Shown here: positions 22,408 through 31,334 of the stretch, one piece after another | How positions within the stretch are numbered: position 1 is the first letter of the stretch | How the letters are laid out: the number at the start of each line of letters is the position of its first letter | Assembly (NCBI GenBank): GCA_015491865.1 | Contig: WFVD01000008.1 | Coordinates: 138,002 to 202,001, forward strand | From: Gammaproteobacteria bacterium | Lineage (GTDB): Bacteria; Pseudomonadota; Gammaproteobacteria; SZUA-140 | Direction of reading: 5' to 3' | Length of the DNA stretch: 64,000 nucleotides | Position numbers and translations under genes: made by a program | The notes under the pieces: model-generated | The model's input: only the letters and a program-made list of their open reading frames with translations | Told to the model about the DNA's origin: nothing | The model's database searches: none

Positions 22408-25400
22408 ATGCCATTCAGGAACGCTATTTCACCATATGAGCAGGGTTTAAGTATGTTGGTCACGCAACAGTCACAGCGCTCACATCAGCAGCGAAATGCC
22501 ATCATCCGCTGGTTGTCTGTCGCTGTACTCGCTTTTGCTATTTCTGCTGAACCCTTCGCTGCCCCTGATATTGAAGCCGCTTTCCCCGCTGCAACCAATC
22601 TGGTCACAAACGGCCCTGTGCTGGCAAGTGCCTCGTTTGGCTCGAATAGCGGGGAGACGACAGGGCTTGGTGTCGGGCTGGATGCGGCGACCGCACTGAT
22701 TAACCCGCGCTTCCCAAAAGTGGCCGGCGGAGCCTCTAGCCAGATATACGCGGTTATTGAAGATGGCTTTGGTGGTTGGGTGATCGGGGGTGATTTCGAT
22801 ACGGTGGGCGGTGTGGCGCTAAGAAACCTCGCACATATCCAGGCCGACCTCAGTGTCAACAGTGCCTGGCGGCCCAATCCTGATGGTGTTGTCAGGGCGC
22901 TGCTGTTCCATACCGGCAGCAAGGGGCTGCGGCTGCTGGTCGGGGGGGATTTTACCCAGATCCATGGCGAGGCTCGTAGCTATTTTGCTGAGCTCCATAC
23001 CGGTTCGATATCCAAACCAGTGACCTCGCTGGATCTTTTTATAGATGCGCCGGTACATGCGATTGCCAAAGCAGATGAGACGCTGGTTTATATCGCCGGT
23101 GAGTTTACTGTTGTGCGCGGAACAGGTCCGCGAGATGATGATGGCGATGGGCATCTTGATGTCGATATTAATGGTTGGGTCAAGGTCGATATGGATGGCG
23201 ATGGCGTTTTTGAAACGTCGATGAATATTGTTGGTGATGGTGTCAATGATATTGATGTCGATGGCGATGGTGATATTGATATTGATGTGACGCTTGATGG
23301 TGTAGTGGATGCAGATATCAATGTCGATTATAGCCAGCCAGATCCAGCGCCATCATTAGATGTGCCGTTTGACCAGACCTATCCGCAGGTTTCTCGTCAA
23401 AGGATCGCCGCACTTGATCTGGATGCAGAAAGTAACGGCATGGTGGTGGATGAATGGAACCCGAATGCTGATGGTGTTGTGCGTACGATAGCGCTTGCAC
23501 CTGAGCGTAGTAAGCTCTATGTCGGCGGAGACTTTTTGAATATCTCCGTTGGTAGTGGTGCCAATATCAGTCGTCAACGCATCGCAGCATTGAATACAGC
23601 CAATAATATCAACATTATTACGACCTGGAATCCTGGTGGAGCATCAACAAATTCAATTTATGCAATGTACCTCGAAGAGTTCGGGATTGATAACGAAAGC
23701 GGTGAAGAGAACGGCCTGCTCTATGTGGGTGGTGATTTTACGGAGATAGGGGGCAAGTCACGTCAGAACTTTGCAGTACTTGATATCGCGCTGGCGGTGA
23801 ACAATGCGAATGCGTGGGATTTGCAGTTTGATGATGTTGTGCTTGCCATTGCGCGGGCAGACGAGACCTTCTTCATTGGCGGCGCGTTTAATTCGGTGAC
23901 GATAGAGGGTGTGGTGGAGAGTGACTTTAAACGCCTTGCTGCATTCAGGCGTGGCCCCGGAACATTGATTACTGCCTGGAACCCGGATGTTAATGGTGAT
24001 GTGAGTGCGCTAGCGGCCAGTGAGACTACAGGCATCGTCTATGCTGGAGGGAAGTTCAATTCTGTGGGTGACACATCGCGGCTTTACATTGGCGGCGATT
24101 TTACCTATATCGGGCCGAGTACCGGTAGCGGCGTGGTGGTGGATACCTCAGCCGGGATTGTGCAAAGCGGGTGGCCTGAGGTGAATGGTGATGTTTATGC
24201 AGCGATATCCGATGGTAGTGATGGTTGGTACATCGGCGGTAGTTTTAGTGAGATTACGGATAGTGTGTCGACCTATACCCGCAATAATGTGGCTCATATT
24301 AGTAGTGCGGGCACGGTGACCAGCTGGGATCCCAGTACGAACGGTGCTGTTCATGCGATGGCAGTGAACGGTACTTCGGTTTATATAGGAGGCGATTTCA
24401 CAACGATCGGTGGGCAGGCGAGAAACAATATTGCACTCACCGATAGCAGCGGCACGACGACCAGCTGGGATCCCGGTGCGAACGGTGTTGTTCGTACATT
24501 GGCAGTGAGTGGTACTTCTGTATACGCAGGAGGTGACTTCACGACAATCGGTGGGCAGGCGAGAAACTATGTTGCACTCATCGATAACAGCGGCACGACG
24601 ACCAGCTGGGATCCCGGTGCGAACGGTGTTGTTCGTACATTGGCGGTGAGTGGTACTTCTGTATACGCCGGGGGCGACTTCACGACAATCGGTGGGCAGG
24701 CGAGAAACCATGTTGCACTCATCGATAACAGCGGCGCGACGACCAGCTGGGATCCCGGTGCGAACGGTGTTGTTCGTACATTGGCAGTGAGTGGTACTTC
24801 TGTATACGCCGGGGGCGACTTCACGACAATCGGTGGGCAGGCGAGAAACCATGTTGCACTCATCGATAACAGCGGCGCAGCAGCGAGCTGGGACCCCAAT
24901 GCCGATGCGCCCGTTTCAGAACTCCTGTTCGATAGTGGCACCGTCTATGTCGGCGGTGATTTTAGCTTTATCGGTAGCCTATTACGTAATCGCGCGGCAG
25001 CATTTACAGTGGGTAGTAGTGTGGCAACGGCCTGGGCCCCTTCGGTTGGCAATAGCGTGCATGCGCTGTCGCCCGGTGCGGCGGGTATCTTTATTGGCGG
25101 TGCCTTCTCTTCCGTGGGTGGGGTTACACGAGAGCGAATCGCAGCCATCGATTTAAGTAGTGGTGGGCTTGATGCCAGTTTTAATGTTGGCACCAATGCA
25201 AGGATAACGACCATGCAGCTAAGCGGTGATGGCACGACACTCTATGTGGGCGGGGAGTTTACTTCCGTGGGTGGGCAGCCGCGTAACCATATCGCAGCAT
25301 TAAACACAGAGACCGGTGCAGCATACCCCTGGAACCCTGACATTAATGGTACTACATCAACAACCGCAGCATATGACATTGAACTGTCCGCAGCGGGCGA

Positions 25401-27183
25401 TCTGCTTTATGTAGGCGGTGCGTTTGAGACGATCGGCGGTGTAACAAGAAATAACCTTGGTGCCATATCGGTAGAGGATGGTGATGTGGCAGCGTGGGAC
25501 CCTTCTGCTGATGGTGCTGTTTATACCATCCAGCTAAGTGGTGATACATTGCTGGTTGGCGGTGATTTCCTTAATATGAACACCAATGGGCAGAACATCT
25601 CCCGTATGCGTCTTGCTGCATTAAATACAGAGGAGGATGTTGATAACGCCACTCCATGGGCACCGGCAGCTGATGCAACGGTACGCGATATGGCCCTTGC
25701 GGGGAGTACGCTCTATATTGGTGGCGACTTCACGCAGATCAATGATAGTGGTTTTACGCGTTCGCGAAACTATCTTGCCGCCCTCGATACCGCGGCCAAC
25801 GCGTTTAATCTCCTCGGCTGGAACCCCGATGCGAATGGCCGTGTGCATGCCATCGCGTTAACAGATGATGCCGTCTTCGTTGGCGGCGACTTTACCAGTA
25901 TCGGTGGCGCGACACCGCGTGAACGCCTTGCCGCCCTCGACTTTCTGGACGGTAACCCGCTGGCGTGGTGGGATCTTCGGGCCAGTTCCGCAGTGCCAGC
26001 CGGCGCTTCCGCTACAGTACGTCACCTGGGGATAAGCGAGGTGGGTGATCGCATGATTATCTCGGGTGACTTTCGTGAGATCACGACAACAGCACCGACA
26101 ACAACCTACTTAAGACAGGGGTTAACAGCGGTTGATATCGCTTTTCCCCATATGGTTACGAACCCACCTGCCGGCGCGTATCAGGTCGCACAATCTGTCA
26201 CGATGAGCTGTATTGATGTCCCAAAGAGTTGTACGCAATCGATTTACTATACAGTCAATAGCACTGCCGATCCTGTGGTCTCAGGTTCGCCGCCATCGCA
26301 GTCGATCCTTATCTCGGATAATACGACGCTGAAGATGTTGACGGAAGACGATGCGGGTAATCAATCTGGCATACAGTCATCACTCTATATTATTGATTCT
26401 TTACCGCCAGAGACAACGGCAACACCTGCTGGACGAGGGACAGATGGAAAGATTCTGAATAATAGTGATGATCGAGAAATAACACTGGACTGTGTTGATA
26501 GCGGTGGGGCAGGCTGTGCAGAGACCTACTACACCCTTGATGGCTCCAATCCGACGGATAGCTCGATAGTCTATACCGGCCCGATTGAGCTTAATGAAAA
26601 TACCACATTGAAATATATCTCATTTGATCAGGCACGCAATGATGAGACAGCGGGCTCTGGTATCAAGGAAGATCAATACTGGGTCGATTTAACACCGCCT
26701 ACGGTAGCTCCCGACCCGCCGACAGGAGTGTTCTATTCTGCGGATCTTAGCGTCACATTGTTATGTAGTGATGACCCCGACGTGACGCCGGCATCGATAG
26801 GCGATATCCCCGATGCGAGTGACCCGCCTGACCCTAATGACCCGCCCATTACCGGTACACCCGCTAGTGAGGATAACAGTAACCGTACGGCAACGGGGTG
26901 TTCCGGTGTCTATTACACCCTGGATGATACGACACCGACAATCAACTCTACCCTCTATACAGGGCCTATTACATTTTCAGAAAGCACCATTATAAAATTT
27001 ATTGCGATAGACCATGCCGGTAATGAAGGGGTGGTTGAGCGCGCGAGCTATGTTCGAAATTACAGTGATAATGCGGGAAGCGCAGGGCCGATAGGGCTCA
27101 TATTACTACTGCCATGGCTCTATTGGCGCACTCGAAGGGTTTGCCGTGCCGGTTTGCTACACCATAGCAGAGGGAGCGTCTGA
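22408..27183 (+). CDS. Giant secreted/surface repeat protein 1 (signal peptide, delta-60-type beta-propeller repeats, acidic DxDGDG calcium-binding-like array, three chitobiase/Hex C-terminal-like modules, C-terminal TM sorting signal)
   Basis: 1591-aa ORF. The likely true start is the ATG at 22453 (MLVTQQ...RWLSVAVLAFAISAEPFAAP signal peptide). The motif YxGGDFTxIGGxxRNxxAxxD recurs about 20 times every roughly 47 aa. YYTxDGSxPTxSSxxYTGPI modules occur near the C-terminus. The protein ends GPIGLILLLPWLYWRTRR. Confidence 0.75.
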   Translation: MPFRNAISPYEQGLSMLVTQQSQRSHQQRNAIIRWLSVAVLAFAISAEPFAAPDIEAAFPAATNLVTNGPVLASASFGSNSGETTGLGVGLDAATALINPRFPKVAGGASSQIYAVIEDGFGGWVIGGDFDTVGGVALRNLAHIQADLSVNSAWRPNPDGVVRALLFHTGSKGLRLLVGGDFTQIHGEARSYFAELHTGSISKPVTSLDLFIDAPVHAIAKADETLVYIAGEFTVVRGTGPRDDDGDGHLDVDINGWVKVDMDGDGVFETSMNIVGDGVNDIDVDGDGDIDIDVTLDGVVDADINVDYSQPDPAPSLDVPFDQTYPQVSRQRIAALDLDAESNGMVVDEWNPNADGVVRTIALAPERSKLYVGGDFLNISVGSGANISRQRIAALNTANNINIITTWNPGGASTNSIYAMYLEEFGIDNESGEENGLLYVGGDFTEIGGKSRQNFAVLDIALAVNNANAWDLQFDDVVLAIARADETFFIGGAFNSVTIEGVVESDFKRLAAFRRGPGTLITAWNPDVNGDVSALAASETTGIVYAGGKFNSVGDTSRLYIGGDFTYIGPSTGSGVVVDTSAGIVQSGWPEVNGDVYAAISDGSDGWYIGGSFSEITDSVSTYTRNNVAHISSAGTVTSWDPSTNGAVHAMAVNGTSVYIGGDFTTIGGQARNNIALTDSSGTTTSWDPGANGVVRTLAVSGTSVYAGGDFTTIGGQARNYVALIDNSGTTTSWDPGANGVVRTLAVSGTSVYAGGDFTTIGGQARNHVALIDNSGATTSWDPGANGVVRTLAVSGTSVYAGGDFTTIGGQARNHVALIDNSGAAASWDPNADAPVSELLFDSGTVYVGGDFSFIGSLLRNRAAAFTVGSSVATAWAPSVGNSVHALSPGAAGIFIGGAFSSVGGVTRERIAAIDLSSGGLDASFNVGTNARITTMQLSGDGTTLYVGGEFTSVGGQPRNHIAALNTETGAAYPWNPDINGTTSTTAAYDIELSAAGDLLYVGGAFETIGGVTRNNLGAISVEDGDVAAWDPSADGAVYTIQLSGDTLLVGGDFLNMNTNGQNISRMRLAALNTEEDVDNATPWAPAADATVRDMALAGSTLYIGGDFTQINDSGFTRSRNYLAALDTAANAFNLLGWNPDANGRVHAIALTDDAVFVGGDFTSIGGATPRERLAALDFLDGNPLAWWDLRASSAVPAGASATVRHLGISEVGDRMIISGDFREITTTAPTTTYLRQGLTAVDIAFPHMVTNPPAGAYQVAQSVTMSCIDVPKSCTQSIYYTVNSTADPVVSGSPPSQSILISDNTTLKMLTEDDAGNQSGIQSSLYIIDSLPPETTATPAGRGTDGKILNNSDDREITLDCVDSGGAGCAETYYTLDGSNPTDSSIVYTGPIELNENTTLKYISFDQARNDETAGSGIKEDQYWVDLTPPTVAPDPPTGVFYSADLSVTLLCSDDPDVTPASIGDIPDASDPPDPNDPPITGTPASEDNSNRTATGCSGVYYTLDDTTPTINSTLYTGPITFSESTIIKFIAIDHAGNEGVVERASYVRNYSDNAGSAGPIGLILLLPWLYWRTRRVCRAGLLHHSRGSV
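24319..25023 (+). repeat. 141-bp (47-codon) tandem repeat array inside giant gene 1: five units, the central three almost identical at nucleotide level
   Basis: ACCAGCTGGGATCCCGGTGCGAACGG recurs at 24460, 24601 and 24742 with only 1-3 substitutions per unit. Flanking units at 24319 and 24883 are more diverged. The antisense ORF 24148-24852 shows the same periodicity. Confidence 0.85.
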
Positions 27184-30100
27184 TGAGGATGGCTGGTATC
27201 GATGGAAATGGCTGCTGGATTAAACATCTTTGGCGGTGTGTCATCGCGCTGCCAGCTCTTTTGTTGATGTCGGTGGAGGCTGGCGCGGTTGCCACGCCTC
27301 GGGCCGATGTGTGGCAACCCAACGGGCCGGTGTACGCTGTCGAGATGTCAAAAGAGGATGGCGCCAATAGTGTCTATGTCGGCGGCGATTTTACCTATGT
27401 CGGCCCCGGCCCTGGCTCCAGTTCCGGCAACGCAGCGGCCGTTAGCATGGCCACCCCATATTATCCTGCTGTCACCCCTGGCTTTAACGGCCCTGTCTAT
27501 GCGGTGGTACCGGGGCCGAATGACGGCTGGTATGTTGGCGGAGCTTTTGACACCGTGGTGGATAAAGAGGGTAATTTGATACCACGCAATAATCTTGCGC
27601 AGATCGATGCCGAAGGTAATGTTCTGAACTGGGATCCTAACATTGGTTCATCGCTTGCGAGTGATCGTGTCAATGTGCTGTTTTATGATGCCCTGAATGA
27701 TCGGCTCTATGTCGGTGGCAACTTTACATCGGTCAATACCGATACGGTGAATGATGAGCCGAGAAATAATCTGGCTGCATTTGATACGACAGTGGATACC
27801 AATAATGCTATCCCATGGAATCCGAATGCTAATGCGGAAGTCCTGTCGATGGCATATGATGCAGGTAACAATCTGCTTTATGTCGGCGGCGCCTTTACTA
27901 CCATCGATGCGCAGACAAGAAATTATATTGCTGCGCTAAATGTTAACCATACCACTACACCCGCTCCTGGTGATTACGATGCAGGATGGGATGCCAATGT
28001 TAACAATGTCGTGAGGGCGCTAAGTCTAGATCTGCCCAATGGGCGTCTATATGCCGGTGGTGACTTTACCCAGGTGAACGGGGGGGCAGCACAGCGCAAC
28101 TATCTGGCTCTGTTTGATACCACCAGTGCGAGTGACCTCGGCTGGAACCCCGATGCCGATGCAAGCGTACGTGCGCTATGGTATTTCGAAAATCGACTCT
28201 ATATCGGTGGTGATTTCACGACTATCAAATCAAATCCAAGGGGCGCTTTTGTCGTGGTTGATGTGTCAGATATCGCATCACCTGTCTCCACCAGTGATCT
28301 TCTTCTGGGTGGATTAATACCACCGTTTACCGGTGCAACCAGCGTGCGTGTGAATCAGATAATTGCCGGTAGCAGTGTAATTTATGTTGCCTGGCAGGGA
28401 GTGCTTGATGGTGATTTGCTGGGGCGGATGCAGGTGCTTGATGCGAGTGATGGTGCTGTTCAGTGGTACACCGATGCCGATGGCCCAATCAATGCGTTCT
28501 GGCCGTCAGGGACAAAGCTGTTAATCGGTGGTGAATTTGCTTCAGGTGGTGGTCGCATTCGGAGCAATCTTGCAGAAATTAACATTAGCACCGGTACGGG
28601 AAACAGTGTCGGTGCAGCGACGGACTGGCGTGTGTATGTGGATGGCCCGGTGCATAGCCTTGAGTCAAAGAGCGATGGCCTTGCACTTTATATTGGCGGC
28701 AGCTTTACCAGGGTGGGTGACACATTAACGCCACGCGACAACATCGCACTGCTCAGCACCATCGGAACAGAGGTGGGGGCGAGCGCCTGGGCGCCATCGA
28801 TAACGGGCACAGTAGTGAAAACAATGGCGCTTTCACCCGATGAGACCATGCTCTACGTTGGGGGTGATTTCACGGCCATCGAAAACCAGCCGCGTGCCAA
28901 TATCGCAGCACTTGATACCTCGGTGGTGGGTGAGAATGGGGATAATGTATTAACCACCTGGAACCCGGGTTCCAGTCCTGGTGCAGATGGTGTGGTCCAT
29001 ACGCTAGTGGTCAGCAGCGATGGTAATCTGGTCTTTGCTGGTGGCGACTTTACCATTATCGGCGGGGTAAGCCGCTCGCGGGTCGCCGCGATCAGGGTCT
29101 CTAACGGCATCCCGCTTTCCGATGATTTATGGGCGATCACAGCACCCGCTGCGGTGAATGGTGTGGTGCGCTCGCTGGTGTTGAGCGGGGATGATAAGCA
29201 GCTGTTTCTTGGTGGCGACTTTACGGCAATAGATGATGGCACTATTCAGATGAGAAACCGTGTTGCTGCACTTGAGGTGGTCAGTGGCCAGTGGCGTGTA
29301 GCGGGCGCGGTTGATCCCAATGTTGATCTCAATGTGATTGCACCTGTCGCGACGAGCAGTATCTATTCTCTTGCCCTTTCGAGTGACGATCGCATGCTAT
29401 GGCTGGGTGGGGATTTTACCGAGGTCACCAATAATACCGATAGATCAAGAGATAATGTGGCACGCTATAATTTAAGTGAAGCGGCGGAAAATGATCTGAC
29501 AAGCTGGAATCCCGTGATTACCGGCAGTGGCCCCGCGGGATTCCTGCCCGGCGGGCCGCTGGTTCATGCTGTTGAGCGAAGCGCCGATGATAGTCAGGCG
29601 ATTATTGGCGGTAATTTTACGGCAGTTGGTGCCACACCTGCACCCCATCAATACCTGGCTGTGTTTGATACCACGCGCCCAACAGTCATTAACCATGTGG
29701 CGGGTGGTTTTTATAATACGAACCCATTGAGAGTGCCGATCTCCTGCTCGTACGCTCCGACAGCCGAATCATGCAGTATTTTTTATACAATTAACGGGCC
29801 TGAGCCGACCCAGGCACTTGTTCCATACGACTATATTCAGCCGCCCCCCGCACCGCCGGAACCGCCGCCGCCACCACCGATACCCGACGACCTCACTGCT
29901 GCCACATCAGTGCTTCAGTTTTTTGCGCGAGACGCGCACGGCTCGGTGAGTGAAACCATCTCGGTCACCTATGGGATCGATGCCACCTATCCAACGACGG
30001 TCGCGCAACCAAGTGAAATATTGCCGGATCTGTTATTTGATGTGGGTGTGCCAGAGGTGGCCGACACCGAGGTGAGAATCGCACTGGTGTGTGATGACCA

Positions 30101-31310
30101 GGGGGGGGCAAACTGTAACCAGACTTTTTACACCACGGATAATTCTGATCCCCATAATGGAGATGATGGCACGCCTGGTTTGACAGCTAACCTGTATAGC
30201 GAACCACTCACGCCAAAACAGCTTCTGCCACTGAAGTCATCAACGCTGGCGGATCTGACGGAGGCAGAAGAGGCAGTTTATTATGATATGACCCTGGCCG
30301 ACATTGTGACGACTGAGGAAAACGCCGCATACCGTGTTGATCTGAGCGCCTTTACCCTGGGGGATGTCCCGCGTGCGGCTGTGGCGCTAACGAGTATCAG
30401 CCTGGATCGTGTCAGAGAGCATGTCGATCTGGCTGAGATCAGACTGGACTCGCTGACATCAAACATACTCGATAATGTGGTCGATCCCAGCAATGTGCCC
30501 GACGATGCAGAGACACTGGCTGATCTGAATGAAGACGAGCTGGATCTGACCCAGGTGACATTGGGTTCCATTTCAGGCAGTGCCTATTCGCTGGATGAGA
30601 TTCCCGCTGCACTTGCGCCCCCACCGACCTATATTCTTGCTTCACAGGTGCCATTAATTCAGGTCTTTCTGGATGGAACAGAGGATGACATTGTTCTGCG
30701 TGCCGTCAGGCGTGAGCGTGTCTCGCTGGAGCAGATCCCGGCCGAGTTTATCCCGGGTTCGAGACTCTATGGGCTGGTAAACCTGCAGTTTTTTTCGACT
30801 GACCGGGCGGGTAATAGTGAGGTGCTCAACCCCGCTAACCCCGGCGCAAAAAGCCAGCTGTATTACGTTGATATCGGGCCGCCCAGAACGACAGCAGAGC
30901 CGAACACGGAGGGCAATGTATTTACTTCCGAGATTCATGTGGTGCTGACCTGCTATGACTTTGAAGATGTTGCGGCCGACGCGACAAAGCTGGGTGGTGT
31001 GACAGGTTCCGGCTGTAAAGAGAACGGGATCTACTACACGACGAATGAAAGCGAACCCAACCCTGATGACGCCGGTCCAGGCAAGTCGACCCAGATTTAT
31101 ACTGGACCGATTCCGATCTCAAAAGCGACGGTGTTGCGCTATCTGTCGGTCGATAATATGGGTAACGCAGAAAGTGCAAAGTTTGAGGTCTACGCCTTTA
31201 CCTTCAGCAGTGTTGGTAAAAGTGGCGTCGGCACAAGCGATTTAGCGATCTGGCTCTTCGCACTGCTGGGGTTGGGGCTACGCTGGCGAGTAACGCGGGC
31301 GGCAAGTTAA
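27183..31310 (+). CDS. Giant secreted/surface repeat protein 2 (signal peptide, delta-60-type repeats, Pro-rich linker, Hex C-terminal-like modules, C-terminal TM sorting signal)
   Basis: 1375-aa ORF whose ATG overlaps the stop of gene 1 (TGATG). The same YVGGDFT repeat family is present. A PPPAPPEPPPPPPIP linker lies near nt 29850. The C-terminus is DLAIWLFALLGLGLRWRVTRAAS. Confidence 0.75.
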   Translation: MRMAGIDGNGCWIKHLWRCVIALPALLLMSVEAGAVATPRADVWQPNGPVYAVEMSKEDGANSVYVGGDFTYVGPGPGSSSGNAAAVSMATPYYPAVTPGFNGPVYAVVPGPNDGWYVGGAFDTVVDKEGNLIPRNNLAQIDAEGNVLNWDPNIGSSLASDRVNVLFYDALNDRLYVGGNFTSVNTDTVNDEPRNNLAAFDTTVDTNNAIPWNPNANAEVLSMAYDAGNNLLYVGGAFTTIDAQTRNYIAALNVNHTTTPAPGDYDAGWDANVNNVVRALSLDLPNGRLYAGGDFTQVNGGAAQRNYLALFDTTSASDLGWNPDADASVRALWYFENRLYIGGDFTTIKSNPRGAFVVVDVSDIASPVSTSDLLLGGLIPPFTGATSVRVNQIIAGSSVIYVAWQGVLDGDLLGRMQVLDASDGAVQWYTDADGPINAFWPSGTKLLIGGEFASGGGRIRSNLAEINISTGTGNSVGAATDWRVYVDGPVHSLESKSDGLALYIGGSFTRVGDTLTPRDNIALLSTIGTEVGASAWAPSITGTVVKTMALSPDETMLYVGGDFTAIENQPRANIAALDTSVVGENGDNVLTTWNPGSSPGADGVVHTLVVSSDGNLVFAGGDFTIIGGVSRSRVAAIRVSNGIPLSDDLWAITAPAAVNGVVRSLVLSGDDKQLFLGGDFTAIDDGTIQMRNRVAALEVVSGQWRVAGAVDPNVDLNVIAPVATSSIYSLALSSDDRMLWLGGDFTEVTNNTDRSRDNVARYNLSEAAENDLTSWNPVITGSGPAGFLPGGPLVHAVERSADDSQAIIGGNFTAVGATPAPHQYLAVFDTTRPTVINHVAGGFYNTNPLRVPISCSYAPTAESCSIFYTINGPEPTQALVPYDYIQPPPAPPEPPPPPPIPDDLTAATSVLQFFARDAHGSVSETISVTYGIDATYPTTVAQPSEILPDLLFDVGVPEVADTEVRIALVCDDQGGANCNQTFYTTDNSDPHNGDDGTPGLTANLYSEPLTPKQLLPLKSSTLADLTEAEEAVYYDMTLADIVTTEENAAYRVDLSAFTLGDVPRAAVALTSISLDRVREHVDLAEIRLDSLTSNILDNVVDPSNVPDDAETLADLNEDELDLTQVTLGSISGSAYSLDEIPAALAPPPTYILASQVPLIQVFLDGTEDDIVLRAVRRERVSLEQIPAEFIPGSRLYGLVNLQFFSTDRAGNSEVLNPANPGAKSQLYYVDIGPPRTTAEPNTEGNVFTSEIHVVLTCYDFEDVAADATKLGGVTGSGCKENGIYYTTNESEPNPDDAGPGKSTQIYTGPIPISKATVLRYLSVDNMGNAESAKFEVYAFTFSSVGKSGVGTSDLAIWLFALLGLGLRWRVTRAAS

Positions 31311-31334
31311 ACTAGCGCCCGTTTCAGATGTTGT

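Noticed and set aside
24148-24852. 234-aa minus-strand ORF with striking internal protein repeats (NIVSRLPTDCREVAPGVYRSTTH...)
   Set aside because: It is antisense to giant gene 1. Its periodicity is just the 141-bp DNA tandem repeat read in another frame, and it has no start context. This is an artefact.
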